Positions 63,901 to 64,000 of a DNA stretch of 64,000 nucleotides are shown here, one piece after another. Under the pieces are notes generated by a model. The model saw nothing but the letters and a program-made list of their open reading frames with translations, ran no database searches and was not told where the DNA came from. A program made the translations under genes and the position numbers. This DNA is from Schmidtea nova (taxonomy: Eukaryota): positions 2,170,001 through 2,234,000 of the forward strand of contig CM097882.1 of assembly GCA_044892505.1 (NCBI GenBank), given 5' to 3'. Position 1 is the stretch's first letter; each line of letters starts with the position of its first letter.

Positions 63901-64000
63901 TTGATATTTTGTGTTTTTTTGCACTATATTATAATAATAGTTCATGCATGTGATTATCGGTAATGATATTTCTTATATATGATATTTTGAATGTGTCATG
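62068..64000. repeat. Strand-skewed degenerate repeat homologous to ~31075-33000
   Basis: Collinear match from TTTTATGTGC(T/A)AAAG...AATCATTAG onward; roughly 85% by eye. Confidence 0.8.

Overview
Eukaryotic, very AT-rich, transposon-saturated window with short (46-65 nt) GT-AG introns. No rRNA, tRNA or CRISPR is supported. The host species cannot be named from the sequence. The main host-like feature is a family of five copies (one partial) of an intronless ~270-aa Cys-free ORF: predicted signal peptide, acidic N-half, K/R/H/Y/G-rich C-half. Three copies lie in a ~16.5-kb tandem array (1-44069); two form a divergent inverted pair (54327-58875). Each full tandem unit also carries a MER30-like hAT end, a Penelope GIY-YIG remnant, AGTAGG-terminated Polinton-type ends, a MULE pseudogene, a two-exon ferlin fragment, a hAT MITE, a 138-bp palindrome made of two hammerhead-like cassettes, a Tc1 and a piggyBac. 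The second Tc1 is split by a 9.3-kb element with ~1.06-kb TIRs and an exact 6-bp TSD (Polinton/Maverick-like). Its sequenced part has no polymerase, integrase or capsid gene, but it carries three small genes, two probably spliced. Elsewhere: a Gypsy pol fragment, satellites, a MITE, and a frameshifted protein-primed PolB joined to the same strand-skewed repeat found inside the 9.3-kb element. Family calls rest on motif recognition from memory; no database search was run.
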